Part shown: one piece after another, positions 1 through 11,611 of the stretch
How the letters are laid out: each line of letters starts with the position of its first letter
Position numbering within the stretch: the stretch's first letter is position 1
Assembly: GCF_037042905.1 (NCBI RefSeq)
Contig: NC_087245.1
Coordinates: 14,944,001-15,008,000, forward strand
DNA from: Lytechinus pictus
Taxonomy: Eukaryota
Direction: 5' to 3'
Length of the DNA stretch: 64,000 nucleotides
Position numbers and translations under genes: made by a program
Notes under the pieces: model-generated
Seen by the model: only the letters and a program-made list of their open reading frames with translations
The model's database searches: none
Told to the model about the DNA's origin: nothing

Positions 1-1565
1 ACCAGAAGACGATATGTAAAGCCACTGGATATTGCCTTATGGCAAATAACATCAGTTTGGTAGAGTTTATTTAATGGATGTACGAGTATCCTACAAATCA
101 TATTGGCATTTAGTTTACCCATGATTTTTACCTTACTCAATTTAATATACAAATAAATGTTCATTATTGATATTTTCACATGGCTAAAACGTGCTGAAAA
201 ACATCTCTATGAATATCGCAAAATGGATAAAAATCTTAATTTGGAGATTTTCAAATGGCAACATACATACTCCAAGCCAAATTTTCACAAGGGTTATGTA
301 TTTTGTGGTGTATAAACTATTATCTATATTATTTGGCTTTTTAGCAGAGCATTAAAACACAGATTTTGGTCTACATGATTTTGCCTGTGTAATATCTGAG
401 CATATTGCACAGATTGCCAAAATCTGACAAATTCTCTATAGGCTTACGGTACCCGGGAGGGGGGGGGGGGCACTTACATATATGGGCGGTACGGGGACTT
501 GCCGCTTTGATGACCCCCCTTTTCAGACCTAATTTTCACTTCTCTAGATACTACGAATGACAAAAGTTCAATTCAGAAGCCGCCCAGCCCCACTCGCAAG
601 ACCCCCATTACGAGACATCTCAGTTCCCCTGCCCTGCCAAAATTGTCAAGCACGAGCGCGAGTGCTACATGTGAGAGATGCACGTATGGCTTCGCAACTC
701 CCTCCATATAATTAGAGGCCGCTCTCTGCATGGCTAGCGCATGCCCAGCACTAATGTGCAGTGTACCTACAGTGCCGCGATCCCGTTCCGTAGACCCTGT
801 TTTTCATGCTGCGCGGTATTTAAGTCCTCACGACCCCGTACTTTACCCTTGTAGTCAGTTCCTTAGACCCCCATTTCAGAATTTCGTGAGGCACACCCCC
901 ATCAAAAAATAATTTGAGTGAACTCCCCCCCCCCCCCCACTGTGCCAGAGGTCAGTTTCTAGAAACTCAATCTAAATTAAAGAACATAAAATGGAATGTG
1001 TATTTTAAAATGAAATGTGGCCCCTGTAATTCAAACTCTGTTTGGCACAAGAAGAGGGGGTTATGTTTCACTGATGCCTACATGTCATCCAATATTCATG
1101 ATAGCAATAAACTGTTCTCTTTTACCCAATGTAGCAGTAAGCTGTTGAGCCCACTTGTGAAGTCTGAGGACACAAACCCTATTGAAACTTTAATCAACAA
1201 GTGAGACTTTAGACCATTATAGCATAAATACAACTTTCAACTTCTCAGCAAAAGAAAGCTTCAATAAACACAATTCTCAGTCAGAGATTTTAGATAGCAA
1301 TGCAGACTTTCATAAAAAGAAAGGGTTTTTACAGCAGTCAAGAATTTGAGCTTACTGGGTTGTAAATAGGAAATGTGATGGCATGGTTCCTTGTTTTATA
1401 TTTTCATTTGATAGCTCTTTTCAAGAAGTGATTTTAACAAACTAACTAATAAATACAATGCTAGACATGATTGATTTGGTACAGTGTCTGAATACTCCCA
1501 TAAGGCACTGAGAAGTTAACAATTAGAAATCAATTTCAAATACCTAATAATATATAATAAACTTA

Positions 1566-1664
1566 TCATAATAAATCATAGAAGTAATCCAAACCCTGTC
1601 CAAGTTCCCATATTGATATTCCAGTGCCAAGCTCCCGAGCTAAATCTATTCGCATTGATATTGA
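1566..1664 (-). CDS. CHID1: CHID1 terminal coding exon 10
   Basis: tttcag|[35 protein letters not shown]. Confidence 0.95.
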   Translation of the reverse strand, partial: SISMRIDLARELGTGISIWELGQGLDYFYDLL

Positions 1665-1960
1665 CTGAAAGAAAAATAAAGAGAAAGACATGAACAATAA
1701 GTATCAAATATTATTCTCAACAAACAAGTTCTAACACCATTGATAATGCAATTTATAATAATTGTTATGTTATAAACTGATACTTTATAATTATGAATTG
1801 ATCATCAAGCCACAAATGATATCTCAATTTTCATCAACCCATTTTGAATGAAATAGATATATATTACAACAATGAGAATTCATTAAACTCTCCCTCCTTT
1901 TTTTTTTTTACAATTCATCGGTTGTTGCAATACTTTATTAACCCTACTGTGTGCATAGTA

Positions 1961-2037
1961 TCAGACATTATCTTGCATGACTGTTTTGATCACTAGAAAT
2001 TCTAGTGACCAAAACAGTCATGCAAGATAATGTCTGA
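1961..2037. repeat. 77-bp near-perfect palindrome (hairpin) in the last CHID1 intron
   Basis: Two 38-nt inverted arms, TCAGACATTATCTTGCATGACTGTTTTG(A/G)TCACTAGAA, separated by 1 nt, with one mismatch. Confidence 0.9.
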
Positions 2038-2306
2038 GCTGTTTTAACAACATTTAATTGTGATGTGAAGGTGCACTTAAATTTAAAGTTGTAGGTAGTA
2101 TGTCATTCATCACCAGAAATTACACAAGTGACAGATGCAACTGAGTATTAGTATTTAATGAGATTAAAACATAAAAAATAATGTTGGTGTTGAAGTATGG
2201 TTTTAAGTAAAACCTTAAATCTTTGTGAGGCATCCCTTCCCAGATACATAATCAAATAATAGAAATATAGAAAGAAGATAAAGGGCAACAAAGACAAGAT
2301 TCCTAC

Positions 2307-2349
2307 CTGGAGAGTCGGATAAAATACACGTCGAGAAATAGATCCATCT
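2307..2349 (-). CDS. CHID1: CHID1 coding exon 9
   Basis: tttcag|DGSISRRVFYPTLQ|gtagga. Confidence 0.92.
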
Positions 2350-2859
2350 CTGAAAAAAAAAGAACAATGAGAAAGAAACATGACCTGGTTATCTTGTGTA
2401 TTTTTGCATTTTGCTGTCTTTATTAACATAATCATTTTAGAAGAACACGAGTCCCACCAATAAACTCAAATTTGTGTAATAATGAGTCATTATGGCATTA
2501 TATGACAAAAGTCATAACAGTATTGTCACAAGTTTTTATCACATTTAATGGATACTTTAATTTTCATTAGTGGAGCAATGTGTATCATCATGTTTGAATA
2601 CTGGAAAATGTTTCTTATCACACCTGAAATGAGGCTTAAGTTTTTTTCTTATTATGAGACTAAAACTTCACCTACAGATTGATTTAAGAAAACATTGAGA
2701 TTTTTAAAAAATTCATTTGAAGCATTAGGAGCATCTGACCTGGGAAGGGGGGGGGGCATATCCAGTGTTAAAGTTAGAACATGTACTTTTCCCTATCAAA
2801 ATCAGTATAAAAATGGACATACATGCAATTTCAAAGAAGACCAATGCAATTTAACTTAC

Positions 2860-2931
2860 TTGTATTCAAAGTAGTGTTCTGCTGAATTTGAGTCCCATTT
2901 TAATTTGTTTTTCTTGAGTAATTCTAAATAC
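2860..2931 (-). CDS. CHID1: CHID1 coding exon 8
   Basis: ttccag|YLELLKKNKLKWDSNSAEHYFEY(K)|gtaagt. Confidence 0.92.
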
Positions 2932-3341
2932 CTGGAATGAAAGAAATGCAAGAATAAAAGGCATTTTTTAACCAACAAACATAATGGAATGGATCAGTTC
3001 TACCACTACTGCTATCATGTTTGCTGATTATTATGATAAATAAGAAATAAATATAACACAAAATATAATAAGGAAAATATAACAACTTACAAATTTTACT
3101 GCCAAAGGAATGACCTACAATGAAAGCAAGTTGACATAAGTACACTATACAATATTGACAAAAAACATAATATTACATGAATTCATACAATTCATCAGAT
3201 TCACTTCCCGATGATTTATTCACATAAACTTTGTGAAATGAACATCAGCTAAGTTCTTTTAAGAAAGTATCTATAAAAATATTTTTTTTAGAAAGTATCT
3301 ACAAAAAGAGAAACAGTTATGAAAATGAAGAAAGTACTGAC

Positions 3342-3494
3342 CTTGGGCCTGTGATAGCATCAGCTGCTTGTGGACCAAAGTCATAACCATAGAAGTTCAG
3401 ACCAAGAAGGACCTTAGCACGATTAGGTCCTGGATCTGGGACCAGAGCCTCCACGCATAGTCTCACCCATTCAATAGGAGAATTGGGACCAGGT
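3342..3494 (-). CDS. CHID1: CHID1 coding exon 7
   Basis: tttag|PGPNSPIEWVRLCVEALVPDPGPNRAKVLLGLNFYGYDFGPQAADAITGP(R)|gtcagt. Confidence 0.95.
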
Positions 3495-4265
3495 CTAAAA
3501 AAATATTGGTACAATAAATTTTCAAAAGCTAAGTGAAAATTTGAAAATACTGAGTTTACATTAAATGAACGCCACGCCATGACATACAGATTTTTTATAA
3601 CAGACGACAAATGAGGATCGAATCATATGAATATATTTCGCATGAATTTCCAATAGGACTTAAACTGTAGCAACTTTTTAAATAGCAATCATAAATTCAA
3701 TTTGGAAACCAAACCAACAAATAGACCCAGTAAATATTGTCATAGGAACTTACTGAAAAAGGTAATTCAATTGGTGCAGTAACATGAGAAAACATTTTTT
3801 TTTAAATCATGAAATCTGACACTTTGTCATGCTGTATCATCAACTCCCCCACCTACAACGATGGGTCAATATCAACAGTCACAGTCCACGCAATGCTCAA
3901 ATGTCTGCTGGTGGGATCATCTCATATAAAATGTGCGCAATGACAGATAAATATAGAAATCTCATTGGTTCTTCAAATGGGTAGCTTTGTGTGTTACATG
4001 TGTACAAGACTCAAGACGTATGTATTTTAAATACTTTGGCCATTTCTGATCAAACTGTTTGTAACTTATGATCTAACATCAATAAATGTAGACATTTTTA
4101 TTCGAGCTAAAGAAGTTGAATATCCAAAGGGCAATGTATCCAACTACTAAACAATATTTTCTTGAAATCCCACTTATTTAATTCCTTTCTCCTATTAGTG
4201 TTCTCATTGTACCCTTATATTTACCACTCTCTTTCTGAAGCAAGTAGACAGTATATATAATTATT

Positions 4266-4718
4266 CCATCCCTTCAGTACCACAGACGTCATGGAGACAT
4301 GATCCAAGTGTACAAAACTGTTCACGGATTTGAACGCATCCCAAGTGATGCCTTCTTTGAACTTGCAGCAGGCAATACAAGAGGTCACAGTCTGAAGCTT
4401 TCTAAACCCATATGCTTGACCAAACTGAGGCAAGATTCATTCAGCCAGTGGGTCATAAATGACTGGAACTCACTCCCTGAAGAAGTAGTTACAGCTCAGA
4501 CTGTGAATAGCTTCAAGATCAGACTGGACAAGGTGTGGGCAGACCAGCGGTTCTGCCCACCATATGAGTAGCAAACCCCTTATAGAAGATAGAGATCTGA
4601 GCCAAAACGACACTGAGCAGACACCACACCAATCATTAAGACGGATGAAAATGGCACAGAACTGGAAGCCTGACTGCTGGGATCCACAGCACTCTTCCAG
4701 AATCTCGGGTAAAGGGTA
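4266..4718 (+). mobile_element. 5'-truncated CR1-clade LINE fragment (ORF2 C-terminus plus 3' UTR)
   Basis: PSLQYHRRHGDMIQVYK...TRGHSLKL...FSQWVINDWNSLPEEVV...NSFKIRLDK is the typical CR1 ORF2 C-terminal region. The 3' boundary is approximate. Confidence 0.85.
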
Positions 4719-4738
4719 GATATGCGAAACAAACTTAC

Positions 4739-4834
4739 CTTTGTACATTGGAGAAGTCATATGTCATGAGGCTAAATCCATCTACCACAGGCGCCAACAT
4801 ATCAAAGTTATCCTTTGTAAAAAGAGATTGCTGC
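4739..4834 (-). CDS. CHID1: CHID1 coding exon 6
   Basis: ttttag|(E)QQSLFTKDNFDMLAPVVDGFSLMTYDFSNVQ(R)|gtaagt. Confidence 0.93.
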
Positions 4835-5242
4835 CTAAAACATAAAGGTGAAGAAAAATATCAAGAATGGGTGAGGTGAAGAAAAGGTGTAGAGAAAGAG
4901 GAAGAAGGGAGGGGAAAGAGAGAGAGAGAGAGAGAGAAAGAAATTGAGAGAGGGGCAGATATCTATATAAAAAAGGTCCCCAACCAACAAAAAATATTCT
5001 TTAATGCTCAACTGAAGATGTTGAAATATTGGTGACTTATCATTGCTTATCTTTATCCTCATATTCATTATGCTTTCCAAAGTGAAATACACCAAAAGAT
5101 TGAAAAGATAAAAATACTGAAATAAATTAGATAAAAACTAAGAGTCATGTAGAAGACAGAGGCTATTTTTTTTATTTTTCTTAACACTAAACAAAATAAT
5201 GCTTTAAAAAAATGGCCACAGTGCATGTGTACCATGTAGATT

Positions 5243-5660
5243 GGGTTTATTTCCAATCGGTCTAATGCCAATTCATCTAATTACTAACTCGTTGACTTTC
5301 ATTTGGTCTATCATAAATTTGTCCACTATCCATATGGTCTACTTTCATTTAGTATAATGCCATTCCGTCTAATAACCACTTGGTCCAATAGCCATTTAGT
5401 CCATAAACTATTTGGTCTAATTGGATAAGTATTAATGGGGCAAAATGAATGAAAAGAAAATGGGTATTAGACCAACTGGTTATTAGACGAAATGGTCATA
5501 GACGAACTGGTGATTAGACAAAGTGATCATTGGACCAAATGGTTAATGGACCAAGTGGCCGTTAGACGAAATGTTGATGGGATGGAATGGCATTAGACTA
5601 AATGAAGGTAAACCATGTGATGAGTGGACGAGTTGGCAATAAACGAATCGGCAGTTTACC
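5243..5660. mobile_element. Foldback/MITE-like element built from ~18-20-bp degenerate units (TAGAC(C/G)AA(A/C)TGG) in inverted orientation
   Basis: The left half carries CCATTT.GTCTA-type units and the right half carries their reverse complement. Boundaries are approximate. Confidence 0.6.
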
Positions 5661-5699
5661 TTACATTGTATGAAATTTAGGCCGTTCCATCAATAATTA

Positions 5700-5890
5700 G
5701 GAGGCGTGCTAGCTCAGTCGGTAGAGCTGTGGTCTAGCAATCTAGTGATTCGAGTTCAATTCCGAGTCAATGCACTAGTTCCCATTGGTAAGACATTTAT
5801 CCTCATTACAAGGTCCCTTGGAGAGGACCTTGTGCTATTGGTCCTCTAGTTGCTTACTAAAAAGCATTCCATCAGGTAAAATAATAAAAA
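5700..5890 (+). mobile_element. tRNA-derived SINE (degenerate)
   Basis: Pol III box A (TAGCTCAGTCGG) and box B (GAGTTCAATTCC), followed by a non-tRNA body and an A-rich tail. Confidence 0.65.
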
Positions 5891-6041
5891 GGAATCCTCA
5901 CCACAACCTAAGTCATTGAGCCAAACATAAAATGTGGTCGCTCTGAAACCAACAGGTTAAATTACAGTTTTTCATAACTTGAAGTACATTTCATTGATAA
6001 AAGAATGACGAAAGTTTACAGCAAGTATATATGAGACTCAC

Positions 6042-6196
6042 TCGCCCAGCGAAGGTGGAGGTATAACCAGATAGAAAGTCATTCCAGCATTGTGGACTGC
6101 ATCTGCTATATCGACAACCATGTGAAGGAGATCGTCTTTATTCATGGAACGAACCTGACTCCATACTTCTAGGACAACGCCATCAAATTTTTGTTT
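6042..6196 (-). CDS. CHID1: CHID1 coding exon 5
   Basis: tcag|KQKFDGVVLEVWSQVRSMNKDDLLHMVVDIADAVHNAGMTFYLVIPPPSLG|gtgagt, ends phase 2; carries the degenerate GH18 catalytic strand (FDGVVLE instead of FDGxDxDxE). Confidence 0.93.
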
Positions 6197-6756
6197 CTGA
6201 GAAATAAAATGTTATGAAAAGAGAGAGTTTGAATCATCAGATATGCCAGTCTACACCATCCCAAATTTTAGAATTTTTTTAGTACCGTACTTTATCTAAA
6301 CCCTTTGGCCAAAATTCACAAAAGAGGAGTAAACCAGAATGGGTTTTTAAACCATAGATTATGCAGCTCCTACACTGAAAAAGATCCTAAATATTTGTGC
6401 ACTTTTGGCAAAGGGTAATTGAATGAAGCGTGATTAATTATGAAATACACAAAATCTGCATTGCAAAGTCCACAGTTTAAACCTAAATCTAATTTGAGGG
6501 TATTTATCCCTACAGATTTATGATGTTCACATAGCAAGTTGAAATCTCAGTGATTTTTAATTTAATTAAAATTGCTAATATTTCTAGATCCAAATATGGC
6601 CTTCGCTACATATCAAAATAAAACCAAAATGCTTAATATGATTACTCCCAAATATTTGATCACTTTGAAAATTGTGAAAATATTTGCAAACCAAAAAATA
6701 TAGTGGCTTGTTTAGTATTAAATTTTTAAATCAGTACAATGAAATGGTCATGATAC

Positions 6757-6908
6757 CTGATAGAATTTGACTATTGTATCTGCCAAACTTTTAATTTCTG
6801 CCTCGCTCTTGAAGACCGCATCGTAGTCCCTCATGGTCCAACCATCAAACAAAAGTCTGGGAGCAAGACCAACCTGACGTTTTCCTTTCTTGACCTCTTT
6901 AACCCAGC
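6757..6908 (-). CDS. CHID1: CHID1 coding exon 4
   Basis: ttcag|(G)WVKEVKKGKRQVGLAPRLLFDGWTMRDYDAVFKSEAEIKSLADTIVKFYQ|gtatca; absent from the ORF track. Confidence 0.93.
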
Positions 6909-8078
6909 CTGAAGATTAAAAAGGGGGAGTCATTTCCCAGAAATATTATAGATGATTTTGATGGAATAGAAAGAACATCACAATCATGATGAAATTACAG
7001 AGAACACTCACACACTTAGGAAGCCCAGTCATTATCTCATATTCCATGGGTGTGTTGCATGAAACTTTTTGTAATTCATACACAACTTTACACACGAAAA
7101 TGCTGATCATTTCTTGTGCTAGATCAGAAACTCCACAGTTTCTGTTTTCATAATGAGACAGAGATTTCTGTCATTTTAATTTTGAAAAATAACAAACTTT
7201 ACATTCTCCATATTAGATTTCAACGTCAGCTAATGGGAATACAACTTCTTGATAATCCGATTTTGCACATGAAACATTCTCCATTTGTGTATCATTTAGA
7301 AAGGGGAAAAGAACAAAACATTAAGAAAAGCACTGATAAGATTTAACATTTGCATTTAATAGAGTTTGTTAGAATGGGAAAATATTTAGACATGCCCTGC
7401 TGAAATTTATAAAAGATTTGTAACATGACAACTCGCCAGGATTTGATTCCTACATGGACACCACCATAGGAGCGCATCATCATAGGAGCACATCAATCCT
7501 GCTGGAGAGCTTACCAGAGGCAGTCTCACTAAAGAACACCTTAAAAAATAGGCCCATCCAAGTTTACAAATTATTGCACTATCTGATACAGGAAATTATC
7601 CCAATAAAAACACTCTAGAATGTTTGTAATAGAGACGCAATTTATTACAATATTTTGTAGGCTTAATCTCAAGATTACAATCCCCAGTCAACTTTGGATT
7701 ATCTGCAAAATATTGTGCTACACATTAATTACCCAGCTAATACCCAGGTGGAGATGTACTCAGATTTGGCTTTGGGCCGATTGATTCATTGTATTATATC
7801 ATTGCACGTTCAAAGCTTAATGCATGCGCACTCTACCGACCAAGGTCATATTCCACGCTCATGCAAGAACTCTCTCCACTTGTGGAGAAGTGGTTTGTTG
7901 AGTCTAAAGACTAATTGCAAAAGATAATGGGGGAGAACCTGGGGATTGAGTAAACTTGGACCTATGGTGCACCAGCTAATGATTACTTCTTGCAAGAACA
8001 CTTGTCATTCATGAGGGGACGTCCTCCTGAAAGGGGATCCATCCTTTTGCCGAAAAGATCTTACTACAAGCAGCTTAC

Positions 8079-8211
8079 CTTTATCTATATCATGGGCACC
8101 ATTGATGGTAAACTCCCTGGACGCTATCCGCTTTACCTGTAGCCACACTGGAGAGATTGCAGTGAACTTTCCACCAAACCATTTAGCAATGTCATACCCG
8201 TGAGAGTTCCA
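8079..8211 (-). CDS. CHID1: CHID1 coding exon 3
   Basis: tttcag|WNSHGYDIAKWFGGKFTAISPVWLQVKR...GAHDIDK(G)|gtaag, ends phase 1. Confidence 0.95.
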
Positions 8212-8963
8212 CTGAAAAAAATACAAATTTCATAAGTAACGAGAAAAAAGAAAAAAGAAATTGCATTTTTCATATAATTTGAAAGACATTACTCAAAATA
8301 CAAGGTTTTTTAAGGAACATGGTAAGTAGTCAACACAATTGGCAGATTTTGAGATACTTAAGTTTACTGAGATCCAAAAGTGCAGGACTAACTTAGTGAC
8401 CAACTTGCATTTTTTTTGTACTAACAAAGATCTATATCAACAAAGGACTATTCCAATTTGCTGTTCACTTTTCAAACCATTTGAATTAAAAAATCCACTC
8501 AGGATTGAACATTCTTTGTGAATTCCTGCAGTTATGCTTTGTGGTTATCTGTTCATCTGTCCTGCATCGGTTGTGAAACGATGTTCGCTTAAGTTGTAAG
8601 TCCAGTTGACGAGCTTAATTCTACATTTTAATCAAATATCAAGAAAGGGCTGCAAAACAAATTGCTTGTCTGGTTCTCAAGTAGTTTTATTGAAGTGTCA
8701 TATTTGCTATCAGAAATCTGTATGGCACCACTATCCAACATGTGTAGTGAGCTAAACGGCACAGCGTAGGGTCCAGGGGCCTGCTTAAAGGGCCTCTTGT
8801 GGTGTTCAAGGTGGAAAACTGTTAAATATGAGGCATTTTCCTTAGCCCCCAAAGTGATATCATTAATATTAACAACATTACTACAAATTATATTTGGCTT
8901 CCATGCCCCACATTGCAAGGTCTGATGCATCACAATGCAGGAACCCCTGATATAGAGACTTAC

Positions 8964-9119
8964 TGGGGTAACATAGCCAAGCACCTCTCCTGTGAATTGC
9001 CTTTCCTCTGACTTGGCGTTGCAGTAGTTGGCATGCTCCTTGTGGATATCTTTTGTTTTGGGGTTTTCTTGGACCAGTCCTCTCTCCATTACAGTCCTAT
9101 CAGAGAGCTTGACTTCCGG
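8964..9119 (-). CDS. CHID1: CHID1 coding exon 2
   Basis: ttcag|PEVKLSDRTVMERGLV...FTGEVLGYVTP|gtaagt. Confidence 0.95.
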
Positions 9120-9566
9120 CTGAAGTACAGAAGGGGAAAAAGGAAATAGAATGATTCATCTTACACATGGAGAAAAGCAAATAAATTGGTAGTAAGCTTT
9201 GGTCAATTCACAAATCTTTAAAACATTCAAGACAAAGTAACCATATTTTGCACAGAGCCATATAAACAAACAAAAATAAATGAATCAGAATGAGTGATCA
9301 AATCAGTACTTAATTATGCCCATAAAAGTAAGATAATCACTTAATTTCTTAAATTGGGAAAGCAATAAAAAAACGAAAATGAGCAAATTTTAACTTCTAG
9401 ATTTATTTAATTTCTACAATACAAATAAGATATTAAACGAATATTGATCGTAGTTTTTTGTACATGACTTTCCATCAACTTGCAGTTAGGCTTCTTAATT
9501 GAATAATTGAATATCATGGCACTTATCTAACAAGTTAAGATTTATGGCCCAGGATTTTTTTCTTAC

Positions 9567-9689
9567 CGTTCCATTTTTGGACTTCTTGGCTGCCTTTTTA
9601 GGTGGACTGCCTGCATCAACTGGTAAAGACCACAGGTAGATGGAGAAGATGATGACTATCCAAGCTTTCCAATCCCAGCTCACACGCAT
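9567..9689 (-). CDS. CHID1: CHID1 coding exon 1 (signal peptide)
   Basis: MRVSWDWKAWIVIIFSIYLWSLPVDAGSPPKKAAKKSKNGT, hydrophobic N-terminus; donor ACG|GTAAGA, phase 0. Confidence 0.85.
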
Positions 9690-10514
9690 CTTGCTTGATC
9701 ATGTGACAAGATGCACAAGTGATGAGAGAATGCAGTTCAGGGGGTATCAAATCTTCTGGATAAATCTGAAATTATTGATAGAAATGAATACATGGATTAA
9801 ACAGGAAAAGGCAATCGTATATCCAGATGTTGTATATCAATGTTGTCTAAAACATATTTTTGTCATATATTCTAATCTTAACAAGACAGACTGTTTTTTC
9901 AGACAAGATGGCAATTTGGAGAATTTGGAATATTTCATTTGATTGAGAATGTCCGACAATACATAGCACAATCCTTCAAAATATATCTTACATATTTTAA
10001 TTCCATGAAATAAGTTTTTTTCATAGGTTTTACTTTGTCTCGGCAATGGACCACATGCTACAAAATTGTAAGGTAAAAACATTATCAATGCCAATGGTAA
10101 TATTAACTGTCAAACTCAAAGTTATTCTTCAGTAATTTTGGTCATATAATTCATAAAGGGACACAAATGCACAACAATTATTCCAACATAGAAAATAGAA
10201 ATGTACATAATATTAATGATCAGAAGCACAAAATAATACAAGAAATGGATTATGGAGATTCAAGATTTCAAGAACAGAGCTGCTCTTTTTAGCTTTTAGG
10301 AGCAGCTAGTCTAATGACTTTAATGTTTAATTATTAAACTGACAAAAATAATTAGATCTAACCGAGTAACACTCTTCAGTAGATATAATATATGGAAGTG
10401 GAGCATACATCCTACTTCCTAAAAATACTAGAATACAAGGAACAAGGATTAACGATGCTCATATTTTTTTACTGGATCTATCAGTCTCAGAACAACGTTC
10501 TTCTAGTCTACTCG

Positions 10515-10976
10515 TAGACCAAAAGCTTCAGTCTCTGTTAATGTTGGTTGTTCAGCTGAACTCCATTGGCTTCACTCACCAAATACAGAGACCGAAGTTC
10601 TAGCGCGATCTGTACAGGGGACTCAATGGCCATATCTTTATGTACTTAAGAGCGGATAAAAGGGGGAAGTGAATTTGCGCGACAGCCGAGGTAAGTCACT
10701 GTTTTTGTTCCTTTTAACTTGATTTTTCTCTGTTTTTTGGCAATTAATGCCAAGAGGGAATATTAATTTGCATTTTGGTCGCGTTAATTTTCAAAAATTT
10801 TATTCATTAAACTGTTAAAGGCAAAAATTGAAGAGCCCCGACGGGGGGATTTTGCATTGCAAGTCCCCTAATGGTGGCTGCACGATAGCGAGCCGTCTGA
10901 GCTGTGTACGAGGAGAAATAAAAAAAATAAAAAAATGTTAAAAAACTCCTCGAAACAGACGGCTGCCAGCTGTCTA
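10515..10976. mobile_element. Putative non-autonomous DNA transposon with 9-bp TSD
   Basis: GTCTACTCG at 10506-10514 and 10977-10985 flanks a segment with inverted termini TAGAC...GTCTA. Confidence 0.55.
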
Positions 10977-11305
10977 GTCTACTCGTTACTTAGAGCTCGT
11001 TTTTTTTTATTCGATACACAAAGTACTGTATGTGGGACTGAGCTCAAAATAATTCTAGCTCCTAATTTGATAATTAACAGTACAAATCGTTGCAAACAAA
11101 ATAATTGAGCCCCCAGGCCCCAGAAGATGATAATTATTCTGTTTATCATAACAGACTGGTAAGTCGGAAATTTTACCTTACAAATTGATGATGGTGAGGC
11201 AATGCAAAGGCAAATCCGAAATCGGATCGACAACCCAACTATGGGCGTGGCTTGCGGTGGAAGGGGAATTCCCTTAAAAAATAATAACATTGACACTTTT
11301 CGCTC

Positions 11306-11611
11306 CAGCCACATTTCCCCTACGGCGTGTCGAAAAACCACCGTTTTATACCTCAGTCCCATTTCCTCTACGATGGCCGTAAGGCGAGTCGAAACAGCCT
11401 TTTAACATTGTTTGTATCAGCTACACATGGTGGTAAAAAAAAATGAATAAAATGGTTGTTTTCGACTCGCTAGCGCTGTACGGCCGCCGTAGAGGAAACG
11501 TGACTGATTATTCATTTTCATTCTAACCACCGATAATTGGAGCTGGTACAAAAAAAATGTTAAAACGGCTGTTTTCGACTCGTCGTACTCGCCGTAGGGG
11601 AAATGTAACTG
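11306..11611. mobile_element. MITE with CAG...CTG termini and internal inverted sub-repeats
   Basis: TIR CAGCCACATTTCCCCTACGGCG / CGCCGTAGGGGAAATGTAACTG; flanks CGCTC and CGCTA. Confidence 0.7.

Larger units (their letters stand above)
1566..9689 (-). other. CHID1: CHID1 gene span (chitinase domain-containing protein 1, SI-CLP-like, GH18 fold), 10 coding exons, 393 aa
   Basis: Hand-spliced exons 9689-9567, 9119-8964, 8211-8079, 6908-6757, 6196-6042, 4834-4739, 3494-3342, 2931-2860, 2349-2307 and 1664-1566. All introns are GT-AG with compatible phases; total 1182 nt = 393 aa + stop. Family motifs: [84 protein letters not shown]. Confidence 0.96.

Noticed and set aside
454..945. GC-rich segment with poly-G/poly-C ends and 60-96-aa ORFs
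   Set aside because: Probably a degenerate MITE, but TIR and TSD could not be fixed, and the ORFs have no recognisable protein features.
6042..6196. Active chitinase call for the GH18-like gene
   Set aside because: The catalytic DxxDxDxE motif is degenerate (FDGVVLE). This is normal for CHID1 and not novel.
8628..8963. C-terminal part of the 153-aa track ORF, and similar run-on parts of the ORFs at 8005, 3317 and 2148
   Set aside because: Read-through into introns beyond the CHID1 splice sites.
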